NCBI GenBank assembly: GCA_040954595.2
Contig: CM082583.2
Coordinates: 1,932,925 to 1,996,924 of the forward strand
Length of the DNA stretch: 64,000 nt
Direction: 5' to 3'
Source of the DNA: Balanoglossus misakiensis
Lineage: Eukaryota > Animalia > Hemichordata
Below, in pieces: positions 1-13,408 of this stretch (the stretch's first letter is position 1; each line of letters begins with the position of its first letter). The notes under the pieces are model-generated. The model was given only the letters and a program-made list of their open reading frames with translations, was not told the DNA's origin and did not search any database. A program made the position numbers and the translations under genes.

Positions 1-1592
1 GTGGGAAATGGAAAAATCCATATATTGAGTATTCTCTTACTTAATTCGGTCTATAACCTTGTCTTATAGCATTAATCACGATATAAATACATGCAATTCG
101 ATGCAAGTCGCACAGTTTTATTGTATAGAGTTGTGAGGTGGGACGGTAAGGAAGAGCCGGCCACCATAGCGTGTCTATACCATGGGCTTCGTAGATGCCC
201 TATCCTGATATCAGCGAAGAGCACTGTACCCGATTTGCACGCACGGGGGACTTTTGGTGATAACACCAAACTCTGCATGAACTTTACACCAATGAAAAAA
301 GATCGCCATTTCCAAGAGAGTACATGGCACGGCCGGAGATTATTACGCTGTTCACTGCCATGGGGAAAATAGTCAATTTGGATATAAAAAAGGCACAGAC
401 TTGGCACTGTTAAAGCGCGTAGCTCATCTCACAGGCATATTCCAGCTGTAGCCGCTGGTTACAGGCGTTTAGTGAACAGTCAATCCCATGAGGCTGCTCT
501 GTCCTAACGACAGAGAAGATGGCGGCGCCCATAATCTGTGTCGGAGATCGTGAAAAGACACCAGCTTGGGTGAAAAGGAGGGACAAAACCAGAATCTATA
601 CTTATACGGTGCGCATGAAAAATGGAAGGAAGCGAAGGCAATCCACTATTTGAATGCATCGAACGGAAAATTGGCTGGGAAGTTACGCGCATGCGCGTGA
701 GACAAGACACACAACACAGACAATCCCCCAAATTTAAATCCCCGGGGACACAACAGAGGTACAGGTACAAGATGCTGACTTATTTGTACAAAATCGATGC
801 AAACGTTAATTACATGATAAAATTCCACCTTGGGGATTCTGATACATTTCAACGAAACACCTTTCCAACGTTAATCAGAATAAAACATTTAAAGTGACAT
901 TCCATTGATTATACCTTAATGACGTCATGAGAAATCTATTGACTTTTCCATAGCAACAATATCTCCACCCCCGCCTGCCTTGTAACATGCGATAGGTTAT
1001 ATCTTTGGTATTTATTTATTCATTGCTTATTTATCTTTCTCGTAACACTTGATTGATCGACATACATTGTAAGTTGTACACCTTGCTGTATCTGTACATT
1101 CCAGCCATATTTTTCACTACAGGTTGTAAATTTAAATTTATCAAAACAGTCTTCTGGTGTTTTTGTGAGCCGAATGAGAAGCTGACTACGCATGCGCCAC
1201 GATGTTTTTTGAAATGTTATCACATACATTAGAATCATATTCATTCACTCGTTTGTGAAATGTGAAAGGCCATGCATTCCGAATGCCTTTTCACTATCTG
1301 ACATTTTGTTTAATATCTCTCCTAGAATCACCCCCCCCCCCCCCAAAAAAAAATCTCTTTAGACTTAAATGATGAAAACATACTGGTCTGAATGCTGCAC
1401 ATGCGCGATGAACGGCAGTGTGGCGTTTGGATTAACACTGAATAATTTACTAACATAATTTTGACCCGTAGCGATTACAGTCCACACCACGTGGAAGCAG
1501 GGTATATGATAAAAAGGGCACAACACCCTGGTTTTTATAAAGGGTCAAAGTCCTGAAATATTGTCCTTGTTCACATTCGTTACTATGATTAG

Positions 1593-1639
1593 GTAGTAGT
1601 AGTAGAAGTAGTAGTTGTTGTTGTTGATGATGATGATGA

Positions 1640-1669
<30 letters not shown>
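1593..1669 (+). repeat. Compound trinucleotide microsatellite (GTA)n(GTT)n(GAT)n(GTT)n
   Basis: Read directly; also present in copy B near 58360-58438. Confidence 0.95.
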
Positions 1670-1672
<3 letters not shown>

Positions 1673-3043
1673 CAATTAATTACAAAACAGCTGCAGCATG
1701 AATCGCTATGAAATTGATGAGTCGCGTATGCCCATGGCTGTTAGTATAAATAATTAAAACAAAATGTCGAATCGTTAAATTTATTGTGGTACTAAATGGA
1801 TTTGCATGACATGCCAATTTTGTAAATGTTCATGATGGAACTCGTATGTGTTCTTGGTCAAATTCGCGACGCACAATTCTCTGGAGGTTTATTTTTACAC
1901 AGAAGAAATGAACAACACCACGTGTAGAGGGCGCCATGTGTTGGAGAAGCAGTGACTAGTGCGTTCTAGTCAGTTGTTGCCGTGTTACCGCATGGGGTGT
2001 AATCTCAAGCCAGATTCTGAATAACGCATGATTTTCGATTGGCGGTACGTAGCTTTGGTAAACGTTGGTTAATAGCAGAAATGCTGCGTTGTTATGACAA
2101 CAGACCAGTACAAGGAATAACCCGGAACTGTTTTCTGTTTAATCTAGGTGGGAATAATATGGCAGACGTTTCACATAATACCCATCGTTTTATTTCATTG
2201 TCACTAGTTTTTTTTATGTTCCATTTCCTAAAACAACATAATTGCGTGTGAAGTTGTAAGAAGAAATTGCTAATTATACATTGGATTGTGAAAGTGTTAA
2301 ACCAAAACGTGCAAGGAGACGCCATTACAAGTGCCTCATCTCACTAGCCATTATAATTAACCATACGAATATCAGGATGGTAATCCTTGCAATAGTAGTG
2401 GTCGCGTTCGTCACATCGTTGGAAAGAGCAGTATTGAACCGGGCTTGAAAATGTCACTTTTCGGCCTGTTGGCAAGGCGGTCCGGACACTTTAATATTAA
2501 AAATACAACGCCATATTAAGGTATAGGATGCTATGCAGGAATTGAGATCTCTTTATTAATAATGGAACTCAATACGTATTGACTTGTATTTTATAACGCT
2601 ATTATTCGTCACGTAAACCTACCATGTTTAAAAAAATACAACTTACGTTTTAGGGGAGTTTTTAAGCATACTAAACGTTAATTGGATTTCTCAAGCAATT
2701 TAACAGCTTATATCATGTCGATTCATGCAAAGTACACTGTTGTTCACTTCTTGAAGACAGAGAGGGATGTTAAAGATACGACATACAAAAATCGTTTACT
2801 TACATCAACTGAACTACATATGACATGTAAGATATCGTCCTCATAAAATTCTAATGTACATTCTAAACACTCCTCGCTTCTTTCTTCTTCTAACAAGTGT
2901 CCCTGAAATGAAAAATGTAACTCCTGATAGCATTATTTTTAAGTTCATGTTATTTTCGATAAACGATAACAACATTCAGTTACTAGACAGAGTCAGATGA
3001 TATCCACACACTCTGATCGAGGCGACCAACAAGCACTCAGCGA

Positions 3044-3078
3044 CGGACGGACATACAGACAAGACAGACAGGCAGAGT

Positions 3079-3110
<32 letters not shown>

Positions 3111-3242
3111 GGCAGGCAGAGTTACTGGCGGACAGGCAGGCAGAGTGACAGAAAGACAGACAGACAGGCAGGCAGAGTGACAGACAGACAAACAGACAGA
3201 CAGGCAGAGGGACAGACAGACAGACAGAAAGACAGACAGAAA
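3044..3242 (+). repeat. (GACA)n/(GGCA)n tetranucleotide microsatellite
   Basis: Read directly. It explains the low-complexity ORF 2976..3329 (LSVCLSVC). Confidence 0.95.
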
Positions 3243-4301
3243 CAATGTGACTAGTTCTCTTTTACTTTGGCTACGCTTAAAGGGAGACACACATACAAAC
3301 CACATCGATCTTGTCCACTTGATCCACAAGCACGGACATCAGCCTGAATGTATGTGTCGGTCTAGACTATCTCACAACCCCTCTCGCCGTCCGTGCAGGC
3401 TTATGGTCTGATTGCATGTGTGCCCGGCAAGGGGGGGGGGCGACTCATGAACTCTGCCCTCTAGTGGCTACTAAATTGACCAACCAGAGTGCGGCATTCT
3501 GGCTCACTCATATGCGCGTCTTGTCGACAGTAAAGGCTCGAAAAAACCCGTTTTTGAACAGAATGCGATCATCGAAATAAATCACGATCACAAATTTAGA
3601 AAGTTACATTATGTGTGGAACACCAGACATTTTTTCTCGTATGATACTACAACCGATCATTTTCACACTTTGTCGGCCGATAAACGTAGTGCCAATGTAG
3701 GCTGATAAACACCAGTGCCGAAAGGCGGTTTTCAAACTACCGATCATTTCAAACTCTGTCGATCTTTTTAATAATAAGCCAAAGAGCGTAGTGCAGTAGC
3801 GTACCGAAAGGCCGTTTTCAAACTACCGATCTTTTTCATAATAAGCCGATATGACGGGACCGACACACGATGGACCTCCGTTTGAGCCAGACAATAGTCC
3901 CGGACACCAATACGACAAGTAGACAATAGAAAATCACAAAGAAAATATGTTTTTTGGGGGGTCAGAACTTTTGTAAAAGTAAGGCTTCGAGGTATGAAAA
4001 GCGATTACACATCAACATGTCACGAAAATTCAGTTCACCCACGAGGAGACGCTCACACTACGTATACTGCATCATACGAAGGTTCAGGAGCTATGCACTA
4101 GTCAGGCGTGTGCGCTATACTATACATGCTATAGAACGGAATTGTTGCACTTGTAATCAGGGGCGATTTTGCAAAGACCCATGGGGGTACACACACCATT
4201 TTTCTAAAATAGTCAGAATATATATTGAAATTACCAAAATCGTTTCAAAATGTTACAATTATTTTTTATAAGAAAGTGCTGCACATCTTAAAACACTATA
4301 A

Positions 4302-5478
4302 GGGACCGTTCAGTTTTTACGGCCGGGGGGGGGCGGCAAAATCCAGGGGGGGTCACTTAAATTTTGAAGTCCACAAGGGGGGGGTCATCTGTTATTTTTA
4401 AACGTTTAGGGGGGGTCACATACTTTTGCCACCGAACTTTTGCTTTTGAGTCCACAAAATTGCAGTTTCGCACCCTTTATTTTACAAAATTTTCTAATGT
4501 GGGAGGGGCACACCCCCTCCCGCACCCACCCCCTTCATTCTCCGCCACATTTCATTTTTTGCTGGTTTGTCTAGTGTACCAGGGCAGAGTGCTTGCCACC
4601 CCAACCCCACCGATGATAATATTTAACAAAGTGAATACATAAAGGATAATAATTGTTTAAACCATTTTGCATAACTGATAGTTTCGCGCTGCATCTTCTA
4701 TATACTAGAAGTTTTATAAATGATGTCATGACAAGATGACGCCAAATCTTCAAACTTTGAGTGGAGTGGCAAAAAGTAAAATTGGTCCTCCCAAACATTG
4801 AGATAATTTGCTTTTGAGTTCATTAAAATGCAACTTTGCGCTACATATTTTACTAAATTTTCTTATGTGGGAGGGGGACATCCCCTCCCACACCCACCCC
4901 CTCCTTTCTTCGCCACATTGCATTTATTCACTGGTTTGTCTAGTGTACCAGGGAAGACTTCTTGCCACCCCACCCCCATGCTTACTTTGAGTGGAGCGGC
5001 AAAATTAAAATTTGTCCTCCCTAACATTGAGTTAATTTGCTTTTGAGTTCATTAAATTGCAACTTTGAGCACCGTATTTTACACAATTTTCTTATGTGGG
5101 AGGGGGACACCCCCTCCCACGCCCACACCCGCCACTTTTCTTGTTTTACCGATTCTAGCAACTATTGTATTGACTTGTCATTTTAATTTGTTCATAGATT
5201 TCTTTATTGCAATGATATACTATTATAAACTTCAATAATACTTTAAGAAATATATAATTGAGGTGTGAGGAGCCTCATTCCCTTTATTGCATACAGTGTA
5301 CATAGGATCAGGACGGCGAATGTTTTCGGCGTGGGGGGGGGGGTCATCATATTTTTGGGTCTGTCAAATGGGGGGTCATCATTTTTTGGTCCGGGTGAAG
5401 GGGGGGTCAGCCTGATTTTGAGAACCGATGACACAAACTTGCCACCCCCCCCCCCTGCCGTAAAAACTGAACGGTCCC
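4302..5478. mobile_element. PIF/Harbinger (Tourist-like) MITE, family 1
   Basis: TIR GGGACCGTTCAGTTTTTACGGC ... GCCGTAAAAACTGAACGGTCCC. TAA target duplication on both sides (4299-4301, 5479-5481). Subterminal G/C runs, no coding capacity. Confidence 0.9.
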
Positions 5479-8327
5479 TAAATTCGATGTTTATTATTTT
5501 TCCAAATTTCGGGTCACTGTAAGTTTTATCAGTTTTCCGCAAGGTTTATCAAGATATTTCGGTAAAAATGTGTCGTTTAATAGCTTAAACTACAAACTAT
5601 CGATAAATGGTGAAAATGACTGTTAAAATACGATTATTCCGACGTAAATAAGCTTAGAAAATTACGCGGGAAATCAGCACACCACTTCCGCATTTGAAAA
5701 CAAGATAACGTTGAGGGCGCTGCAAAGTTTAGAAAACACCGGTCTTGACTCCACTGTCTTGCAGGAACCCTCATTTGCTCATTGCTACATATTCACAACA
5801 TACACAACATACATGTAAACAATAAATTTATGATGATGAGACTAGAGCCAGACCATAGAGCAGTCAGACCCGTTTATTCGAAGCAAGGACAAAGTGCACT
5901 ATATGCTGAGTAACGCCTGTAGGTTATTAAACTGCAGCTTTGCCTGCGGCGTGTGTGGTAATAAATCCTGTCGGCACCCTATCAAGCGAGTCACGAAAAA
6001 ACAGAGGTAAACCTTTTTCAGAAAATACTCTGAAAACCTGCATCCATTTGCCATGCAAGATAGGGCTCGAGGAGTGGTGTTGGACCTCACCTGGTTACCA
6101 CCAAACTTTAAAAATGTAAACATGGTTTACTCACTGAAACCTTTACAGTTGCTGGGAAATACTACAAAAACAATGTTTTACCTTTTAACCAAGAATTACA
6201 TGTCAATAAAATAGGAAGCACAATCACACTTGTTATCTAAAACATTGCTGAAAATATCTAATTAATGCTAGTGAGAAAAATAACTTTGATGAACAAGGTC
6301 CGATAACTGCACTGCTCGAAGATCGGCCTAGAAAATGCTGAGAAATACCTCAACACGCACATGGCATTCTCCCCACTATGCCTCATTGGTCAATGCAACA
6401 TTTTGACACTTTCCTATCCAATAAGAATACAGCAAAAACTTTGAGCACGCATTAAACACTGCTTGTGTACGTGACATCAAGACAATGATTTCGAGACTTT
6501 ACTAACGCGCGAAATCATATTGATTAACGGTCATTTGCATTTTGACGAGCTAGCGTTCGCACTGATATGCGAGGTAAGATTTTGACTCAGACGTGGTTTC
6601 AAATTGGAATCAGCCTTATTTTCTGTAGTAGAATACACGAGTTTTATCTTGGAAAAACAGTAAAAACTTAAATAATATGCACACTGAAGTTCTGCTTTCG
6701 ATCCGAAATTCCTTTCCATTCCGTTCAAAATCCGTGTGGTGATAAAAGCAAAACGTGGAACATTTTTTGGATTTGGAGAAACTATTTTTTATTTCGTGTG
6801 GCTATTCCGTTCCGTAAGCCTCACAAGAATATTACGAGAGCCTGTGGTGTGAACAGAATTGAACGCGCAAAGGGCCATGACCTCGTTTGAACTATCGCAT
6901 TGAGTATTCAAAAACGCAACCAGGGACAGACCACAAAATGAACGAATTCCCCATAAAATTATTTTCTGTCATACTTAGTGGACGTAGACTATCGTCAGCC
7001 GCTTGTGTCGCTTGTAATATTATTTCCATGGCAATGTTCCGCGTCTCTGACGCTCGACCCAGAGGTCGCGCGCGACTTCAGCCCTCTTTGGCTGCCATAG
7101 CTGGTGATCATCCTCTGTGTACCTGTGTGTACCAGAACAGAAATCACGTGACGCGTGTCTGGTGAAAATAAATTTTCCCCGTAGTACAATGTTTACTGAC
7201 AATGGTGGCGTAATCGAACCCAGAACTTGGAATAACCGCGAAAAATTGTGTCGAGTGGTCAGGAAATACGTACCACACGCTGACTTCCAAATGTCTCTAC
7301 ATTTTGATGTTTGTGGCAGTACACACATGATGTCTAAACTGGCGACACAGTTACAATTACTCCGTGTATGGTCCCCAAAACTGTCAGTTTCCTCCACAAT
7401 ACTGAATGAGTGAAGAACGTACACATAAATCATGAGCCTACTAAGGGGACTGGTCGGTTTCTTCAGCCTGGGGGGAGGGGTGGATTATAGGGGAGGAAGT
7501 CACCCTGTTTTGGAATTGGGTGATGTCATCTCTGGTGCTGGTGTCTATCCTCCTGTACTTTGCAAGGCTAACTTTATTCCCCATCTTGCTAAAACATTCA
7601 TACGTTCGACATGTGTGTGTTTTAAATGATCATCCTCAACTGCTTCAATCTTTTGCCACCCTTTGCGACCTTTGACCTGTCATAGTTCAAAATAGCAGAT
7701 TTGAATAAGGCTCGCTATTTCTACTGTTCATGATTTTTTGTTTTGTTTTGTTTTGCGCAAGAAGGGAAAATGAGCTTTGCACACAACGTGAAGGATCAAC
7801 TAGGCCAACATAACTCCATGAACCCGTCCACATACGGCCCGGATTTTATGTCGGCCCTGATCCCCCTTTCCGAACGCGACCAAACTAATTCAGCCATGTG
7901 CCCACTTAGCGTGTACAAATTGGTTTTTCTATACCGCCCCAGGCCCAGCACTGATGCTACACCGCCATAATGAGTATGGTGTGACCCCCAAGTGTTTTGC
8001 CCCCATTGCATCACATAACAAAGTTTTAAGCTTCTCTTTGTAAGTCGTCCTGAAGAGGTAAAATCACAACAGTGAACTTTCTATTTGAATTGTGCAATAT
8101 GCCTGGCTTTGAATCGCATAAAATACAAGTAAATTGTCTATCTTGAGATGGAAGCACGGCTGGTGGACAGCAATTTTCCTGGGGTTATCTTTCGCGGAGT
8201 TAAGCACTGGAATCATGTGAAAAGTGGGCAAGACGAGTAGGGTAAGATTGAGCCCCTAACAGAAATGATGCTTTTTAAAGATTGAACAAAGTAAGAACTT
8301 AAAAAATGAATTTGGAATAAATTGATT

Positions 8328-8462
8328 CACTATATATGAACAATAATGAAGATTAATGTTAAAACCCTAGGCATCGACAGAGTCGAACTGTCAATGTGGA
8401 TACATTCTCCAAGAACACCTCTTGCGGGTAAATTAATTTCATTATTTGTTCATTATATAGTG
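8328..8462. repeat. Imperfect inverted repeat (~30-bp arms), possibly a Crypton-like palindrome remnant
   Basis: CACTATATATGAACAATAATGAAGATTAAT ... ATTAATTTCATTATTTGTTCATTATATAGTG. Confidence 0.5.
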
Positions 8463-8989
8463 TAGCTAAGTGTGGCTAGGTGGCTAACTGCTGATGTAAT
8501 AAATCTTGCATACCCATTTGAAACATGTCACAGTATTCAAATTGAAATGATGAGCAAAAAAAATATCTGCTCATCATATTGATAGAAAGTGCCAAAATAG
8601 TTTGTTGACGGTGCACACAATAGCTTTTGGCTTTACCCTGGTTAACTATTATTATTTTTATTATTTTTAAATTTAATTAAGTGCCTAATGGGTAAAGACC
8701 AAAAGCTTCTTGGTCCCATCTCTCCCCCATATAATTTTGGTTCCTTTTTTGATGCAAGATAATTACATTCTGTGTGATAACCTAGTCTTTTTTTACACGC
8801 CTAAAGGGCAGTGAAAAAACCTTGAGCCAAATATAAATGAGGAAAAACTGCCCTCTCCCCCATCGTTCGATGCAAATATTAAAGGCTAACCCGAATCGTC
8901 TTGCTGGCTTTTAATTTTTTTAATGAATTACGATGAACGAGCGAATTGTGTCGAGGGACGAAGAAAACACGCAGTGTATGGCGACGAAC

Positions 8990-9381
8990 ACGGCGACGAG
9001 TGACGAAGGAAATGCGGACGAGCGAATGGCACCGAAGGACACGTTGGCGACGAACGAATGGCGACGAGCGACGAAGGAAATGCGGACGAGCGAATGGCAC
9101 CGAAGGACACGTTGGCGACGAACGAATGGCGACGAGCGACGAAGGAAATGCGGACGAGCGAATGGCACCGAAGGACACGTTGGCGACGAACGAATGGCGA
9201 CGAGCGACGAAGGAAATGCGGACGAGCGAATGGCACCGAAGGACACGTTGGCGACGAACGAATGGCGACGAGCGACGAAGGAAATGCGGACGAGCGAATG
9301 GCACCGAAGGACACGTTGGCGACGACAGATGGCGACGAGCGACGAAGGAAATGCGGACGAGCGAATGGCACCGAAGGACAC
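8990..9381 (+). repeat. 68-bp GC-rich minisatellite, about 6 copies
   Basis: GAAGGAAATGCGGACGAGCGAATGGCACCGAAGGACAC starts at 9005, 9073, 9141, 9209, 9277 and 9344. Confidence 0.95.
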
Positions 9382-9499
9382 AATCTCGGGGAAAGTTGCG
9401 AAAAAATCCACGGACGAATCACACGAGCGCATAGCGAAAATAATTTCTATAAAAGAAAAAAGAACATGTTAAACATACATTTATATAATCATTACACAA

Positions 9500-9960
9500 T
9501 TGTATTACAACTACATTACACACCTTTGTCTGCATTACCCTTTACAACCTGTACACGTTTAATTTGACCATGTGGCATTACCGGTTACACCTTTTTGTCA
9601 CTACACTTTAAACCCATAACACACCAACTCATTATTATTAACCCTCTGTACAGAATTAATGTAACCACGTGGCATAATTTAATTAATTTCCCTTTATTCA
9701 TTGTTTTCACTAGACCATAAAACCAAACACCAGTCATATTTATATACCCTTTGTTAACACTTTACCACGTGACATAACCCGGCAGTTACACCTTTTTATC
9801 ACTATAGTCATATTAACCCTCTGTACAGAATTATATGTAACCACGTGATATAATTACCCTTTTGTACACATTTGTTTCACTATACCATAAAACCATTTAA
9901 CCACACACTTGTCATTTATATACCCTTTGTTAACACTTTACCACGTGGCATAACCCTCGA
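9500..9960 (+). repeat. Degenerate AT-rich tandem repeat (~175-bp period, about 2.5 copies)
   Basis: TTAACCCTCTGTACAGAATTA at ~9638 and ~9813; TATACCC(T)TTGTTAACACTTTACCACGTG at ~9743 and ~9919. Confidence 0.7.
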
Positions 9961-11324
9961 TTTTACAGTACATTACTCATCACAACTTTGAAACCAAAAT
10001 ATTATACCCATGCAAACATTTGTATTTCTCAAAGTACCCTTGTTTGTTTGTGCACAATGTTTACATGGCGCGCCGGTTGCAAAGAAAAACGGTGACAAGA
10101 CGATACAGCACAGCGCATACAATCAACAAAACACAGAACAATGTCACCATATTCGCAGCGTTACACTCTGGGACCAATGCCGACCACTCCATTTTACCAT
10201 TTCCACCGCGTAGTTTTACCAGAGATCAGCCGCCGTCCATGTTTCCAAACTGAAAGACAAAGAAATGATGCCGTCTGCGAATTCAAATGCCACTAACGGA
10301 CAGAGTGGCATCATGCGAGTATGATAATTAGCATCCAGAAAAATCCAGAATAAACCCACTGCGCATGCACTCTAGCCTTTAATTAGACAAAATATTCAGT
10401 TCAACGCAACACGCCCTGGTTGGGATTATAATAACAAAAGAAAGAATTATCAGTTCGGCAAGATTTGAATAACACCGAAAATTCACTGCAGTGGCAACGC
10501 GCGTCTAAATTAAATGAGACACCTGATTTTATCAGGCTGATTCCACAGGTCGCGCGGTAGTTGAGAGCGCTTGGGCTCTCAACAGCGCAGCGCGACCTGT
10601 GGCTGATATAATGGGCATGTAACAAGATTTGCAACATTGTTGATGCTTATGCAGACATTATGCTTGAAGAAATTTAAAACTCAAACTTTGTAGCCTTTAT
10701 GAAGAAAACTCGGCAAATTGTGCGTGTCATTTTTTTCCGTTACCATGCATTAATTTTACTGACACAGAACACTCCAAGGAAAGATACAGTACACGTCCAA
10801 GGACCGCCGATTACATGCACAGGTGGTTACAATGAATGTTGATAAAACTTTTCTGGAACTGTTTCCATACAGTCAGTTGGACTTGGAAATACACAGGCCC
10901 CTATTATGCGACAAGTGACATCATTTCGTTTCTGATAAAACGTATCATCGAGCAGTGGTTTTCCACGACAAAACGAGCGTCCACTCAATTTCACTTCCAT
11001 GTTTCCCACAATAAACTTGTGCAGTTGTGATATAAAGTCAGTCATCGGACAAAGCTTAGAGTGTTCGCTCTCCGCGTAGAAACAAGCCCATTTTGTTGGA
11101 TACTGTGACTATGCCCAAACTTAATAACCATGTTGGGACATCCGTATAGAGTAATTACTTGACAGTGAAATGAAAACCATGGAATATTATCTATATATAA
11201 CAAATTATGATGTTTCACAGAGCTGTTTTGGAATGTGTAAAGGTGAAATTCGTTCTCGTTCTGACTTCATACCTGACCCACCCATTAGTAAAATGTTGAG
11301 GGTCCTTCCACTCGGACAAGCACG

Positions 11325-11784
11325 TAGTCTCGGTTACCCAGACGCCTTTGCTTCTTCCGATGCTCTCCAGAAAAAGGGTCTGGGGAAATGCTATTGAAAG
11401 CTTTGTAAAACAAAATGGCCGATGTCAGGATTTTGATCATCGCCTGATTGGCTGAGCTGTCAGTATGACCCGGGTCACTGCAATAGTTTCGACAATCGTC
11501 TACCAAAGATATTTCATATAATTTCTCCAACAATGCTAACAGAGGACGCCTTTTGCCTTTCGCATCAACCAACAAGTACTGGTCTCTTGATATGAAGATA
11601 CGACAAATAATCGCACATTGTCGACAGTCAGTGACCCGGGTCATACTGACAGCTCAGCCAATCAGGCGATGATCAAAATCCTGACATCGGCCATTTTGTT
11701 TTACAAAGCTTTCAATAGCATTTCCCCAGACCCTTTTTCTGGAGAGCATCGGAAGAAGCAAAGGCGTCTGGGTAACCGAGACTA
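11325..11784. mobile_element. Non-autonomous DNA transposon with 156-bp perfect TIRs and a 9-bp TSD (AcademH-like or Mutator-like)
   Basis: Arms 11325-11480 and 11629-11784 are reverse complements (TAGTCTCGGTTACCCAGACG...). ACAAGCACG is duplicated at 11316-11324 and 11785-11793. Termini are TAG...CTA. Confidence 0.9.
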
Positions 11785-12544
11785 ACAAGCACGCGGCTTT
11801 GTGGAAGCTAGCCGACAGTTATCGCCGGGTTGTCGGATTTGTTGCCGAATTTACCCGATGATCGTACATTCGGCCATGGAATCAGTCTCCAAGTGGAACA
11901 TGTTTTCTTGTTTACATAAACCTAGATCTGCTGAAATATCGATCCGATTTTGAAGAGCAGGGCTTCGCTGTAGACCTGCGTACTACATTGTGGAGGCCGT
12001 GTAACTATAACTCCAGAAACACGTCGCTGTGCTAGACTTTGCTATTTTTATTACGGAAAGTAACCTTCCTAAGTTCAATCCTGAACGATCTAGTCAGCGA
12101 AACTCACAAAGGGGAGATTTTGTACGGTATTGACAATGTGTCCACCCCACAATTGAATGATCACCAGAAACCGAAAGGGGAGCCCTGGTAATGCAGGAGC
12201 GAGTCGTAAATTAAAATATCTCTAAAAAAACGTTTCCGATCTCCACGGGATTATACGTAGTCGTAGTCATCGCCAGTGAATAAAAGTACAGCCCAATTGT
12301 AAGAAGGCAATGGCGACGAAATAAACCGAGTTTCAGAAATAACGCGCAGCCCCACCCCACCCCAACGGTACAGCTGCGTACCACAGCTAGCTCGGAGCGA
12401 GAGTTTCGGTACCGAGTTGAGTTACAAATTTGGCCTGAGCTGATGGTTTGGGTTACGCGATCCCATGACTTGGTACACGTTCACACACGCTAAGCTTGTT
12501 AAGAAACTATTTGGACAGAATAACGGTCAAACAAATATCACATA

Positions 12545-13408
12545 CCGTACTTGCCCGGGTAAGAACCCCTGCTCGGACAAACGCCCCCCCCCCCCCCCGA
12601 GGTCGAGGTCATATCCGGTCTAAAGCCCCCCCCCCCCCCCCGGCCGAATATCCATTAAATTCTTGGAAATTTAATAAAGTGCAATGCAAAAAAGGCGGAT
12701 TTTCATCCCCAAAGTCACTAAAAGTGAACAAAAAATGTTCGCGCTGATTATCGTACCCACCGCGGCCGACTGGCCACGCTGAGTTATATATAGCCGCTGT
12801 AGAAAACATGACCTCAGACAGGTCCCTCGGGACCGTGCCTCGAATTCAACGATCACGTAGATGGACGCGCTGCCGCGTATGAGGTCACCGGGGAGCTTTC
12901 CAAAGCGGCCGCGTGGAGCTGCTTCAGTCCGTCCTCGACGCGAAACACCCAAAATTGGAAGATCCCGACTTGGACTCGGAGAATGAACCACTCAAAAATT
13001 CCGGTAGAGAAAGGCATGATTGCCACGATTAAGATAGATGTATTTACGTGCGTCCGTCCGTCGACGTCAAAGTATTAAATGCATGGGTGGGATCGACCAT
13101 TTACCAATGTCCCGGTTAAACGGGATGTTTTGTCTGCGCCCATGGTGTCCCGATTAAACGGCGGCGACTGTAATATGTTTTCTGTATTTGATTTATGGGT
13201 AAAAAAAAATTATTATTTAATAAATACATTGTTTGACCGTGAAATTTTTGGCCATGTTATTTGCATCATTATTCACCCCTTCCTCGTGTCCCTAGACCCT
13301 CATTTGCATAAATGTCGAGGTTGCGTCCGGGCTAAAGCACCCCCCCCCCCCTGTTTTTTCGCTAATCTATGGGCCCAGCACCCGGGGCTCTTACCCGGGC
13401 AAGTACGG
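12545..13408. mobile_element. Tc1/mariner-pogo-like MITE
   Basis: TIR CCGTACTTGCCCGGGTAAGA ... TCTTACCCGGGCAAGTACGG, flanked by TA on both sides. Confidence 0.85.

Larger units (their letters stand above)
1..7227 (+). repeat. Copy A of a long near-identical direct repeat (copy B at 56774-64000); both copies run off the window edges
   Basis: GTGGGAAATGGAAAAATCC at 1 recurs at 56774. The ORF track repeats with an offset of about 56,773 (72..407 vs 56845..57180; 6887..7165 vs 63660..63938). Differences seen are homopolymer/microsatellite lengths and a few substitutions. Confidence 0.97.

Noticed and set aside
72-897. ORFs at 72-897, conserved at 56845-57670
   Set aside because: The conservation merely reflects the duplication; no recognisable domain or splice pattern.
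1-7227. LTRs of a giant retroelement, or ends of an integrated virus or Polinton
   Set aside because: No capsid, polymerase, integrase or gag-pol genes lie between the copies, and no defined termini are visible in the window.
8990-9381. CRISPR-like periodicity and six overlapping 141-179-aa ORFs
   Set aside because: Units are identical end to end with no unique spacers and no cas genes. The ORFs exist only because the 68-bp unit lacks stop codons.
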